Part shown: positions 16,821 to 26,228 of the stretch, one piece after another | How the letters are laid out: each line of letters starts with the position of its first letter | How positions within the stretch are numbered: position 1 is the stretch's first letter | Source: an uncultured Gemmatimonadales bacterium | GTDB taxonomy: Bacteria > Gemmatimonadota > Gemmatimonadetes > Gemmatimonadales > GWC2-71-9 | DNA length: 64,000 bases | Reading direction: 5' to 3' | Assembly: GCA_963779755.1 (NCBI GenBank) | Contig: CAVZZO010000003.1 | Location: forward strand, 992,001-1,056,000 | Notes under the pieces: model-generated | Database searches by the model: none | The model's input: only the letters and a program-made list of their open reading frames with translations | Told to the model about the DNA's origin: nothing | Made by a program: the position numbers and the translations under genes

Positions 16821-19463
16821 TCAGTCCACAACGATCGTCACGACCTCTCCCGCCGCCGCCCGGAAGCTCACCCGCCGCCCCCCCTCCTCGAGACGCAGCT
16901 CCGTGCGCCCGCCCTCATCCGCCCGGCTACGCCAGGCGCGCCCAGCCGGCCGTTCCAGGAGCCAACTCCCCTGCACCGCGGCGGAGCCGGGATTGAAACA
17001 GCGCAACAAGACCCCCCGCGCAGACTCCGCCGGCTTGAAGCAGGAGCAGACCAGACCATCGCCCTCCAGCACCACCCCGGCCTCCCGGAGAGGCTCCGCC
17101 GGCAGCATCTCCCGCAACCAGACGGCACTTCGGGGTAGAAAGGCATCCTCCCAGAGCCGGAATAGCCGGGCGGGGTCGCCCAGGTCTTCCGCGGCCACCG
17201 GCGCCAGCGCCAGGTCCATCCGGTCGGTACCCAGGCACTGGGCCGCCGGAATGGCGGTGGGCCAGCCGGCATGGCCGGGACGGGTGCCCAGATCATTCCG
17301 GCTCAGCTCACCCACGGCCCGCAGGAGGGTCAGGTAGAGATACCCCGCCGCGGTCCATTCATATTCGAACGACGCCGGCCCGAACAGGGCCAGGGCCGCG
17401 TGCTCCCCCCCGGCGGCGACAAACCGGTGAGCGGGCGCCGTGGCGGCCGGCGTCTCCATGGGATAGGTCGCCGGGTCCACCGAGACCGGATCCCGCCGGA
17501 CCACCCCGAACTGGCTCCCCGCAACCAGGCCCCCCGGTCCCACCGGCAGTCGGGCGCGGAGCCGGTGGTTCCCGGCCTGGTTGGTGATCTCCAGGGAACA
17601 ACGCACCAGAGGATCGCCGGCGTGCAGCAGCACCAGCAGCCGGATTCCGATGCGGCCAGGGCCTTCTCCGGCAGGACGGCGGCCGCCGCGCAGTTCCCAC
17701 CGCGCTTCCAGCGCGCTCACCAGAGGACCATCCAGGAGGATCCGCGCGGCCGCCGGCCCGCTCGCGCGCGCCGGCCAGTCTCCCGGCACCGGGCACCAGG
17801 TGTAGGCGTCCCCCGCGTCCAGTTCGTCCTCCAGCGCGAGGAGGTGACCCCATTCCCTGCCCCGGAGCCGGTCCAGCAGGGTGAGGGACCCGTCCCCGTC
17901 GACCCGGACCTCGACCAGATCATTGCCCATGGCCAGGCCCCGGGCCCAGGCATCGCCCCGCGCCGGCTTCGCTCCGGCCGCCACGCCCACGACATCGACC
18001 CCGAGCCCGGATGCCGGCGCTGGGCGGAACGCGATGCGTATCCGGTCTACTTCGTCCTGATCGGGGTAGTGGCGCGCGGCATCACGCCGCTCCAGCCCCA
18101 CCCGGCTCTCCAGCACCTGCACCGGGATGGCCCGGCCGGCCGCGTCCACCAGGTGAAAGGGACGATACCCGGGACCGCTCCTCGCCCGCCGCCCACCCGG
18201 CGGACCCACCAGCACGTCCCGGCGGAAGAATGTGGCGTCGGCCACCACCAGTCCGTCGCGTACCCTCGGCACCGGATTCCACAGCACGGCGCCGGCCGCC
18301 AGGGGCCCGGGATGATCTCTGATCCGGTCGGCATCCTGCCCGGTGCAGTCCTCCAGCGATGACCGGAAGATCTCTCGAGCCATCGCCCCGACTTCGTCCA
18401 GGCGCACCGCCTGCCGCTCCGCGACGGGGTCGGCGCAGGTGCCGCAGAGTGTGTCGTGAAACTGGGAGCGGATCAGCACTCGCCAGGCGGCGGCAAGCAG
18501 CGGACGCCGGTCGGCACCGCCTGCCAGGCCGGCCAGCGTAGCCAGCGGCTCGGCGTGACGCGAGAGCAGCAGCTCGGTGGCGCCATGCCGTCGCTTGAGC
18601 GGCGCGCGCGTGGAGAGCGTCCCCTGCAGCGTCCAGGCATAGCCGTAGCTCCAGCGAAGCTCGCCGGCCAGTACCGGCAACCGGGGCGCCTCCCCGGCGG
18701 CGGCGTGGAAAAAGTCCTCCAGCCGGGAGATGCGCACCTCCGCCGCCGGCTCGAGCTCCGCCAGCGCGGCGCGCAGGCGCGGCAGGTCGTGCCGCGGGGC
18801 GTGGTGGTCCGCTCCGACGAAGACCGCGATGTGGCGGGTCGCGGCCCGGGCACTCAGGCCCTGGCGCAGTGCAGGCCAGACGCGGGCCAGCGCCTCGGTA
18901 TCCGCGGGCAGCGCGGAACCGATTTCGTAGCCGTCGGGGGGCAGGTGATACAGCAGGACGTCGCGCCCGTCGGGGGAACGCCAGTGGGCGAGATCGGAGC
19001 CACCCGCCTGATCGCCCAGCCCGCGCCAGACCACGGCATAGGGGAGATCGCACTCCGCCGCGAGTAGCGGCAGGACCGCCGGGTGGCCGAATGCGTCGGG
19101 GGAATAGAGCACCGGGAGGCGATGTCCCAATCCAGCGGCGTCGCGGCCGCCCAGCAGGAGGTTCCGGATCAGCGACTCGCCCGAAGGAATCTGCTCGTCG
19201 GCCAGGACGTACCAGGGTCCCGTTTCGATCCGCCCGGCGGCCGCCAGCGCCGCGATCGCCTCCCGGCGCTCCGGCCGGATGCGCAGGTAGTCCTCCACCA
19301 GGACGGTCTGGCCATCGAGCAGGAACGTGAGATCCGGCTGATCCCGCAGGAGGAGGAGCAGATCGTCCATCGCGGCCGCCAGCCGCGCGCGAAAGGCGCC
19401 GCGCGGCAGATACCACTCGCGGTCCCAGTGCGTATGGTGAATGAGGTGATAGACCCGCGGCAA
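16821..19463 (-). CDS. Glycoside hydrolase family 38 alpha-mannosidase-like protein
   Basis: HTHWDREWY, FLLDGQT, GPWY, PDAFGH, QFHDTLCG. Start inferred at TTG 19463. Confidence 0.85.
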   Translation of the reverse strand: MPRVYHLIHHTHWDREWYLPRGAFRARLAAAMDDLLLLLRDQPDLTFLLDGQTVLVEDYLRIRPERREAIAALAAAGRIETGPWYVLADEQIPSGESLIRNLLLGGRDAAGLGHRLPVLYSPDAFGHPAVLPLLAAECDLPYAVVWRGLGDQAGGSDLAHWRSPDGRDVLLYHLPPDGYEIGSALPADTEALARVWPALRQGLSARAATRHIAVFVGADHHAPRHDLPRLRAALAELEPAAEVRISRLEDFFHAAAGEAPRLPVLAGELRWSYGYAWTLQGTLSTRAPLKRRHGATELLLSRHAEPLATLAGLAGGADRRPLLAAAWRVLIRSQFHDTLCGTCADPVAERQAVRLDEVGAMAREIFRSSLEDCTGQDADRIRDHPGPLAAGAVLWNPVPRVRDGLVVADATFFRRDVLVGPPGGRRARSGPGYRPFHLVDAAGRAIPVQVLESRVGLERRDAARHYPDQDEVDRIRIAFRPAPASGLGVDVVGVAAGAKPARGDAWARGLAMGNDLVEVRVDGDGSLTLLDRLRGREWGHLLALEDELDAGDAYTWCPVPGDWPARASGPAAARILLDGPLVSALEARWELRGGRRPAGEGPGRIGIRLLVLLHAGDPLVRCSLEITNQAGNHRLRARLPVGPGGLVAGSQFGVVRRDPVSVDPATYPMETPAATAPAHRFVAAGGEHAALALFGPASFEYEWTAAGYLYLTLLRAVGELSRNDLGTRPGHAGWPTAIPAAQCLGTDRMDLALAPVAAEDLGDPARLFRLWEDAFLPRSAVWLREMLPAEPLREAGVVLEGDGLVCSCFKPAESARGVLLRCFNPGSAAVQGSWLLERPAGRAWRSRADEGGRTELRLEEGGRRVSFRAAAGEVVTIVVD

Positions 19464-19487
19464 GGACTGGGGGCGATCCGCTCGGCT

Positions 19488-19559
19488 CCCTCCACCTTCC
19501 CGGCCCTCTCGACCGATTGAAGAAGTCAAGAAGGTCGAGAGGGTCGAGAGAGTCGAGGG
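19488..19559. repeat. Inverted pair of 9-bp-period repeats
   Basis: ...cttcccggccctctcgacc facing gtcaagaag-gtcgagagg-gtcgagaga-gtcgaggg. Confidence 0.7.
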
Positions 19560-19572
19560 CCGCGCAACGCTT

Positions 19573-21105
19573 TCACTTCCGGTGATACACCCAGCCGCTG
19601 AGATTGCTTCCTTCCGCCTCGAAGTTGAAGTCCCAGCTCTTTCCCGGCGACAGCGCCGGAATCTCCAGATCGTGCGTGGCGACGACCTTGCCCGAGCCGT
19701 CCACAAACTGGAATGTGACGGTGACCGGTGCGGGAGCGAGCGCCTTGCCGTTCCTCTTGGGCGCGCGGCCCAGCGCCTTGCCCGCAACGTGGGCGCCGCC
19801 CGCGTTCGGCACGAAGGTGCTGACATCCAGGTCCACCGGCATCGCATCCAGCCGGTCGACCGCCGGCGCCCCATGCACTTTGTCCTTGATATCGATATAC
19901 CCCTGGATCTGCAGCCGCTGGGCCGTCTCGCTCAGCGGCTCCAGCGCCACCAGCCGGGTGGCGGCATCCAGCAGCTTCGCGCCGTCCTTCAGGGTGTTGT
20001 AGGTCAACGCCAGGTTCCGCAGCGCGATGTGATTAAGCGTGTCGACTTCGGCGGCCCGGGCGAAGGACCCGGCGGCCTTCTGGAATTCCTTGGCCTGGTA
20101 GTAATTGGCCCCGCGATTCACCAGGTATTCCGCCGAGCTGGTATCGGGCCCCCGCGTGCCGCTGCTCAGGCCCAGCTCCCGCAGCAACGCCTCGGCGCTG
20201 TCCGGCTGGTTGTTGCCCTGGAAGGCAGCCGCCAGATAGCGCTTGGCGTTGGCGTCCTCCGGCCGCCAGGCCAGATACTGCCGGAATCCGGCGATCGCCT
20301 GGGGATACTGCTTGGCATTCTGCAAGGCGATCGCGCGCGAGAGCGCCGCCGCATTCCGGCTGGTGGTGTCGTTGGCCGCCGTGGCGGCAGCGATCATCTT
20401 GTCGTAATACGCAATGGCGCTGTCCGCGTCGCCCCGGGCGCTGTAGATCCCTGCCAGCTGGCGCAGGGCCAGGGAGGCGTAGCGGTCGGACGGGTCGCGC
20501 GCCACCTCCACGGCCTTGCGATAATAGACCAGGGCGCTGTCCGGCTTACCCGTGGTTTCGAAAATCGTGCCGATCAGGTAATGGGTCTGCGGCTCGCTGG
20601 GGTCCACCGACGCGGCCAGACGATAGACCATCAGGGCCGAGTCGGTCTGCTGGTTCTGGTACATGGTGCCTGCGATGCCCGCCAGCGCCCGCCAGGCCGA
20701 TTCCCGGAAGCCCCGGATTTCATCCGCGCACTCCGGCGCGAGCGCCGCGGCATGGGTGAACGCGGTATCCGCCCCGACCACGTCGCCCTGATAGAGGTAC
20801 ACCCGGCCGAGATAGTACCAGGCCCCGGGGTTCTTGCCCTGGTCGTTTTCCGCAATGGCCTGTTTGATGGCATCCTCGGCCTGCTTGAGCAGGCGCTCAC
20901 GATTGGCCTCGTTCCCGATGGCCGTCTTCAGGTAGGTCGCAGCCCCGCTGACGCGGAAATGGCCCGCCTTGATGCCGCACTCGGGCTGCTCGTACTGGGT
21001 CGGCTGGGAGGCGGCCACCGCCGACCGGACGGATTCGGGGACCTGCGCCTGCAGCGGCAGGGCGAGGAGGGGCAGCAGGGCGAGCAGACGGAAGCGAACA
21101 GGCAT
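19573..21105 (-). CDS. Exported tetratricopeptide-repeat protein
   Basis: Signal peptide ending LPLQA-Q; multiple TPR units (AWYYLGRVY, THYLIGTIF, ALRNLALTY). Confidence 0.8.
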   Translation of the reverse strand: MPVRFRLLALLPLLALPLQAQVPESVRSAVAASQPTQYEQPECGIKAGHFRVSGAATYLKTAIGNEANRERLLKQAEDAIKQAIAENDQGKNPGAWYYLGRVYLYQGDVVGADTAFTHAAALAPECADEIRGFRESAWRALAGIAGTMYQNQQTDSALMVYRLAASVDPSEPQTHYLIGTIFETTGKPDSALVYYRKAVEVARDPSDRYASLALRQLAGIYSARGDADSAIAYYDKMIAAATAANDTTSRNAAALSRAIALQNAKQYPQAIAGFRQYLAWRPEDANAKRYLAAAFQGNNQPDSAEALLRELGLSSGTRGPDTSSAEYLVNRGANYYQAKEFQKAAGSFARAAEVDTLNHIALRNLALTYNTLKDGAKLLDAATRLVALEPLSETAQRLQIQGYIDIKDKVHGAPAVDRLDAMPVDLDVSTFVPNAGGAHVAGKALGRAPKRNGKALAPAPVTVTFQFVDGSGKVVATHDLEIPALSPGKSWDFNFEAEGSNLSGWVYHRK

Positions 21106-21212
21106 GGAAGATCCTCCACAGGAAAACCGCGAGGAACATCTCCAGGCAGAGCCGGCGGGAACAGGCAGTATCCGTACGGTATCCCGGTCGTGCCGGCCGC
21201 GCCAGATACCCT

Positions 21213-22526
21213 TCAGAGCAGGCCGCGCCGCTTGAGGCGATCGTACTGGTGTACCACCGCCTCGGCCGCGCGCGCCGGCGGCACGTCCAGCACCAGCACC
21301 CCCCGGCGGCGCATGTCCGCCAGGGCCTCCTCCCGGGCCGCCAGCAGCTCCTCCGCCGCAGCCCGGTCGTAGGCCTCCGGCACGGTGGCGGGACGGCGCG
21401 TCCCCAGGCGTTCCAGGGCGGGATCGCGCAGGGTCACGGCCAGCGGCAGGTGCCGGGGGCGCAGCGTGCCCAGCTGCGCCACCAGGGCTTCACTCGCGGT
21501 CCGGTCGATCACGTCGGTGAACAGCACCGTCAGCGCCCGCTTGCGATTCCGGGCCGCGAGGTAGGAGAATGCCGCCGGGTAATCCGGCTCGACCATGCGT
21601 CCCTCCGTGGCGGCCAGCCCCTCGAGAACGGCGCGCAGGGCGCGGCGTCCCCGCATGGGAGGGACATACACCTGCACCCGGTCGGCAAAGACCATGAGCC
21701 CGACGTTGTCGTCGTGCTCCACCGCGGCGTAGGCCAGCCGCAGCGCCGCTTCCACCGCCGACTCCAGGCGTTCCCCGCCGCCGATCTCCGCCGTCATCAT
21801 CCGCCCGGCATCGAGCACTATCATCACATGCTGGCGGCGCTCGTCTTCGTACTGCCGGGCCATGATCTTGCCGCGGCGCGCCGTCGCCTTCCAGTCGATG
21901 GTGCGGGTATCCTCGCCCGGCACCCATTCCCTGAGCGTCTCGAAGACCCGGCCTTCGCCCAGGCGGCGCACATTGCGCAGTCCCGCCTCGCGCCGGCGCT
22001 GGCTCTGGGTCGGCAGCGCCCGCAGGGAAACGCCGCTCAGGCTGGGATAGACCGTCGCCGTCCACGGGCGGTCGATGACCGCCTGGCGCCAGACCAGCCC
22101 CAGCGGGCCGGACACCCTCAGCCAGAGACGGCCACCCTCGCCCCGGCCCCGCCGGGCCGGCAGAATTTCCAGAACCTCGATCGCCTCCCCACCCGGCGGG
22201 ACGGTGAACCGCCGGAGCGGCGTCTCCCGGCCCAGCGGGGCCGGCAGCGATTCCCGCACCTGGACCGCCAGCTCGCGCCGGGTGGACTGGCGCCAGCGGT
22301 AGCGCACGGGAAGGACACGGCCCACCGAGAACGCGGGCGGCACGTCGCGGGTCACGACCAGCTCCCGGGGCGAGACGGCCAGGATCGCATCGGCAACCAG
22401 CAGCAGGAGCCAGAGCCCGTCGGCCAGCAGGAGCCAACCCAGCCCGTCGGGGCGCAGCAGCCCGATCAGCGCCAGTAACGACAGCGCGGCCGCGCCCCAC
22501 AGCCAGCGCGGGGTGGGAAGCGGCAT
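21213..22526 (-). CDS. DUF58 / VWA-like MoxR partner protein
   Basis: FETLREWVPGEDTRTIDWKATAR, LDAGRMM, LFTD; two N-terminal TM helices. Confidence 0.9.
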   Translation of the reverse strand: MPLPTPRWLWGAAALSLLALIGLLRPDGLGWLLLADGLWLLLLVADAILAVSPRELVVTRDVPPAFSVGRVLPVRYRWRQSTRRELAVQVRESLPAPLGRETPLRRFTVPPGGEAIEVLEILPARRGRGEGGRLWLRVSGPLGLVWRQAVIDRPWTATVYPSLSGVSLRALPTQSQRRREAGLRNVRRLGEGRVFETLREWVPGEDTRTIDWKATARRGKIMARQYEDERRQHVMIVLDAGRMMTAEIGGGERLESAVEAALRLAYAAVEHDDNVGLMVFADRVQVYVPPMRGRRALRAVLEGLAATEGRMVEPDYPAAFSYLAARNRKRALTVLFTDVIDRTASEALVAQLGTLRPRHLPLAVTLRDPALERLGTRRPATVPEAYDRAAAEELLAAREEALADMRRRGVLVLDVPPARAAEAVVHQYDRLKRRGLL

Positions 22527-23506
22527 CAGTGCGGCGCCTCGACCTTCTCGAGGATGGTGCGCAACGCCTGATCGGCGCTGACGCCCTCCAACTCCAGCTC
22601 GGCCGCCACCGTTACCCGGTGACGGAGCACCGGCGCCGCGAGTCCCTTGATGTCGTCGGGAATGACGAAGTCGCGCCCGTCGAGCAAGGCCGCCGCGCGC
22701 GCGGTCTTGAGCAGCGCGACCGCCGCCCGGGGGGACGCGCCCAGGGTGAGGGCGGGCGCGGAGCGCGTGGCCCGAACCAGCTCCGTCACGTAGGTGAGCA
22801 GCCGCGGCTCCACCCGGACGGTGCGGGCCGCCTGGCGCAGCGCCGCCAGCCCTTCGCCTTCCACCACGCGCTCGACGCCATAGGTCCCCGGCTCGTCCGC
22901 CTCGAACCCCTCCACTACCCGCACCAGGATATCCCGCTCCGTGGCCGCATCGGGGTACTCCAGCAGCACCTTCACCAGGAAGCGGTCCAGCTCGGCCTCG
23001 GGCAGCGGATAGGTCCCCTCGAATTCGATCGGGTTCTGGGTGGCGAAAACCGTGAAGTGTGGAGAGAGCACATGGCTCACCCCGTCAATGGTGACGGTGC
23101 GCTCCTGCATCGCCTCCAGCAGGGCCGCCTGGGTCTTGGCCGGCGCCCGGTTGATCTCGTCGCCCAGAATCAGGTCACCGAAAATGGGGCCCGGACGGAA
23201 GCGGAACTGCCCCTGGGAGCTCAGCAGGTTGACCCCTGTGATGTCCGAGGGCATCAGGTCGGGAGTGAACTGGATGCGGCGGAACTCCAGCCCCAGAGCC
23301 AGGCTCAGCGTGCGAACCAGCAGCGTCTTGGCGGTGCCCGGAACACCCTCCAGCAGCACATGTCCCCGGGCGATCAGCGCGATCAGCGCCTCCCGCACGG
23401 CCGGCCCCTGCCCCAGCACCACCCGCTCGACCTGCGTCAGGATGGCGCGGGCGTGGGCACTCTGCTGCTGGATGGATTCGGTCTCGATGGCGTCAGGTCC
23501 TCCCAC
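22526..23506 (-). CDS. moxR: MoxR family AAA+ ATPase
   Basis: HVLLEGVPGTAKT, RIQFTPDLMPSD, DEINRAPAKTQAALLEAMQE, ATQNPIE, GASPRA. Confidence 0.95.
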   Translation of the reverse strand: MGGPDAIETESIQQQSAHARAILTQVERVVLGQGPAVREALIALIARGHVLLEGVPGTAKTLLVRTLSLALGLEFRRIQFTPDLMPSDITGVNLLSSQGQFRFRPGPIFGDLILGDEINRAPAKTQAALLEAMQERTVTIDGVSHVLSPHFTVFATQNPIEFEGTYPLPEAELDRFLVKVLLEYPDAATERDILVRVVEGFEADEPGTYGVERVVEGEGLAALRQAARTVRVEPRLLTYVTELVRATRSAPALTLGASPRAAVALLKTARAAALLDGRDFVIPDDIKGLAAPVLRHRVTVAAELELEGVSADQALRTILEKVEAPH

Positions 23507-24741
23507 ACATCCTCCACGGCATTGGCGGCCGCCAGAACGTCAGAGCCGTCCGGCCGGCCGCGGGTCAGGGTCAGCAGGCGATCTACCGCCGCACGCGCGC
23601 GCGGGGTCCGCGCATGCTCCCGCACGCGGCCCAGCCATTCCCGGGGCGGCGACGCCGGGGCGCTCCCGCCCGCCGCCAGGCGGCGCCGCAGGCCGCGCAC
23701 CATCAGCGCTACCGCCACATCGCCGCCCCGGGCCGCCGCCAGGGCGGCGGCCAGCGCGTGCACGTGTTCCGACGCGGCACGGCGCCCGGGCTCGATGCGC
23801 GCCTGTACCGGGCCGAAGCGCACCGCCGCCACCGCCAGGGCCACCAGTCCTACCAGGATAAGCTGCCACAGGACCCATCCGGCCGGAGCGTGCCGGCTCC
23901 AGGCCACCACGGCGCCGAGGAGATTGCCGCCCGCGGCGAAGCCCTGATTGTACTCGTCCACCCAGACGACATCATAATCGTCCGCCAGCAGGCGCAGCGG
24001 CGCCACGCCGTCACTGCCGGCGCGGAGCCGGGCATTGCTGAACAGATCGCCGGGCGCCACCAGCGTGATATGCGTGGCCCCGGAATCGTAGGCCAGGCGC
24101 AGCGCCGCCACCCGGCCACCCGGCGCCAGCAGCAAGGTGTCCACCGCCTCGGGAGGGAGAACCTCGCACCTCGAGGTCACGCCGGCGTGCGTGTCGGAGG
24201 AATCCACCACCACGGTATCGGTGCGGGAAGCAAGCACCACATCGGTCGCGTGCGTGGCCGGCGCGTCCGGGCTGCCGCCGGGCCGGAACAGCGGGATGGT
24301 GTCGCCGCTGCGGCGCTCGATACCGTAGCCGTAGCAGGCCATGGCCGCGGCACTGCCCCTTCCCGCCAGCAGCAGATCGCCGCTGCCCGCCGCAAACTCC
24401 ACCAGGCTCTCCGCTTCGACCAGGTCCAGCGGATGGTAGGGATCCAGCTCGGCGAACACCAGCTTGCGGCCCGCCACCGAGGTGTCACCCGCCAGGCGCT
24501 CCAGCCGCTGGCGCCAGGGAATGACCCGCGTCCCCAGACGCCGCAGCGCGTCCGCCAGGCCCCGCGTTCCCGCCGGTCCCGCCAGGAAAATGGAATGCCG
24601 CGGGTCCCTGCCGGGGGCGCGGTTCTGCCGCTGGCCCAGCGCCGCCGCCACGATGCCGACGGCGGCCAGCGCGGTCACCGCCACCAGGACCTCAGTCCGC
24701 GGTCGCAGTCGGCCCTCCCATGAGCCCTGCAAACCAGGCAT
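23437..24741 (-). CDS. DUF4350-type membrane protein (start uncertain)
   Basis: N-terminal TM, S....P.GTRGLA motif, LFSNARL, WVDEY, late TM followed by RFGP; typical position upstream of moxR. Confidence 0.65.
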   Translation of the reverse strand: MPGLQGSWEGRLRPRTEVLVAVTALAAVGIVAAALGQRQNRAPGRDPRHSIFLAGPAGTRGLADALRRLGTRVIPWRQRLERLAGDTSVAGRKLVFAELDPYHPLDLVEAESLVEFAAGSGDLLLAGRGSAAAMACYGYGIERRSGDTIPLFRPGGSPDAPATHATDVVLASRTDTVVVDSSDTHAGVTSRCEVLPPEAVDTLLLAPGGRVAALRLAYDSGATHITLVAPGDLFSNARLRAGSDGVAPLRLLADDYDVVWVDEYNQGFAAGGNLLGAVVAWSRHAPAGWVLWQLILVGLVALAVAAVRFGPVQARIEPGRRAASEHVHALAAALAAARGGDVAVALMVRGLRRRLAAGGSAPASPPREWLGRVREHARTPRARAAVDRLLTLTRGRPDGSDVLAAANAVEDVWEDLTPSRPNPSSSRVPTPAPS

Positions 24742-25327
24742 CGTAGCGCTCGGCGTCACAGGGTTCGCCGGCGTAGACACAGGCGTAAAGCGCCCGGACC
24801 AGACCGGTCAGCCGGCGGCGGTCGCTTTCCGGCAGCGCCGGGCTCGCGGCGTACTCGGCCGGGGTCCAGCCAGGGTGGAAATGGAGGAGATGGCGGCGAT
24901 CCCCCCGGAGCACGAATGCCTGAAAAGCCGCCAGCATGGCTTCGGCATAGCGGCCTTCCGCACGGCGGCGTCGGGCGAGATCGAGATACCAGCCCTCGCC
25001 CCGCGCCGGCTGAGCCGTGGCGCGGACCGCTCCCTCGCCGCCCCCATGAGCGCCACGGACCGTGTGCGCCAGGAGCCAGCCGCCGTGCACCAGGATCACA
25101 ACGAGGATGAGGATGAGGCCCCAGAACAGCAGTTCAAAGGCCCGGGGATTCCCCTGTTGCAGCGATGCCAGCGTTTCGAGGAGCGCGTGCCACCAGCGGC
25201 GCAGGAAACCGAGCGGATCGGGTGGTATGGTCCAGTCGTAGGCGCGAGCCCGGAAGACGGTGTTCAGCACCGCGCGGAGCGAATCGTCCGCAATGGGGCC
25301 GGCCGCGACCGTCAGGGGAGCCGGCAC
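24692..25327 (-). CDS. DUF4129-type membrane protein
   Basis: Central TM helix, then GRYAEA...HPGWTPAEY...LYACVYAG; operon context. Confidence 0.65.
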   Translation of the reverse strand: MPAPLTVAAGPIADDSLRAVLNTVFRARAYDWTIPPDPLGFLRRWWHALLETLASLQQGNPRAFELLFWGLILILVVILVHGGWLLAHTVRGAHGGGEGAVRATAQPARGEGWYLDLARRRRAEGRYAEAMLAAFQAFVLRGDRRHLLHFHPGWTPAEYAASPALPESDRRRLTGLVRALYACVYAGEPCDAERYDAWFAGLMGGPTATAD

Positions 25328-25330
25328 GGC

Positions 25331-26098
25331 TCAGGCCGGCTGCAAGCCACTTTCCAGCAGCTCGAGGTCAAACCCCTCCTTGCGGACCCGCAGGTCGTAG
25401 TAGGCCACCGTCAGGGTGCAGTAGATGATGGGGTAGACCAGAATCCGCACCAGACCGCTTGCTACCGTCGCGCCGATCACCGCCGCGGACACATCGCCCG
25501 GCCCGGGAGTCCCCCGGCTGAACAGCAGCGCGATCATGGTGACGCCCATCGACGGAATGATGATAATGATGCCTAACACCAGGAACAGCAGGAACATCTT
25601 GCCCCGGAATCCCCGGGTAAGGCTCCAGGAGCGTCCCAGGGCCTTCATGGCGTCGTGCGACTCCAGGACCAGGGCGGGCGTCGCCACCCCCAGCCCGCAG
25701 GCAATGATGATACCGGGGACAATTAACAGCACGAGTCCCAGACCGGCCAGGAAGGTTGACACGAAGGACAGCACGATCACCTGGCCCAGGAGCGGCAGCG
25801 CCCGGCGCAGGGCGTCGCCCGTACCGAGCGGGCGGCCCAGATAGGCCTCCGAAACCACGTAGGTTGTCGCCGCCGTGGCCAGGGCCGTCATCACGACGGT
25901 GAGGATCATGGTTGCCACCCAGGCCGCGGGGGCCGCCACCAGACCGCCGCGGCTTGCGACGTAGATGTCGAGCACCAGCGGCACCGATGTGGTTGCCAGC
26001 GCGATGAAGAACAGCGTCCGGAAGTCGCGGCGATAGATCGTAAACGACAGGTCGATGATCTCGCCGATGCTGAGCTGCCGGATGGCCAGTTGGGTCAT
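25331..26098 (-). CDS. Integral membrane protein of the MoxR/DUF58 neighbourhood
   Basis: LSIGEIIDLSF.IYRR N-terminus, several TM helices, ALGRSWSL, and C-terminal YYDLRVRKEGFDL. Confidence 0.7.
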   Translation of the reverse strand: MTQLAIRQLSIGEIIDLSFTIYRRDFRTLFFIALATTSVPLVLDIYVASRGGLVAAPAAWVATMILTVVMTALATAATTYVVSEAYLGRPLGTGDALRRALPLLGQVIVLSFVSTFLAGLGLVLLIVPGIIIACGLGVATPALVLESHDAMKALGRSWSLTRGFRGKMFLLFLVLGIIIIIPSMGVTMIALLFSRGTPGPGDVSAAVIGATVASGLVRILVYPIIYCTLTVAYYDLRVRKEGFDLELLESGLQPA

Positions 26099-26228
26099 GG
26101 CGCGGCCTCGCAGAAGAGTGGCGGCCAGGAACGCCTGAAGCTGCGGCCCCGGACAGGGGGGCGCAAGGGGCTGAAAATGCTGGCGAATACTCATGGCCGG
26201 CAGCTCAGCGCCACACTAGAATACCTTC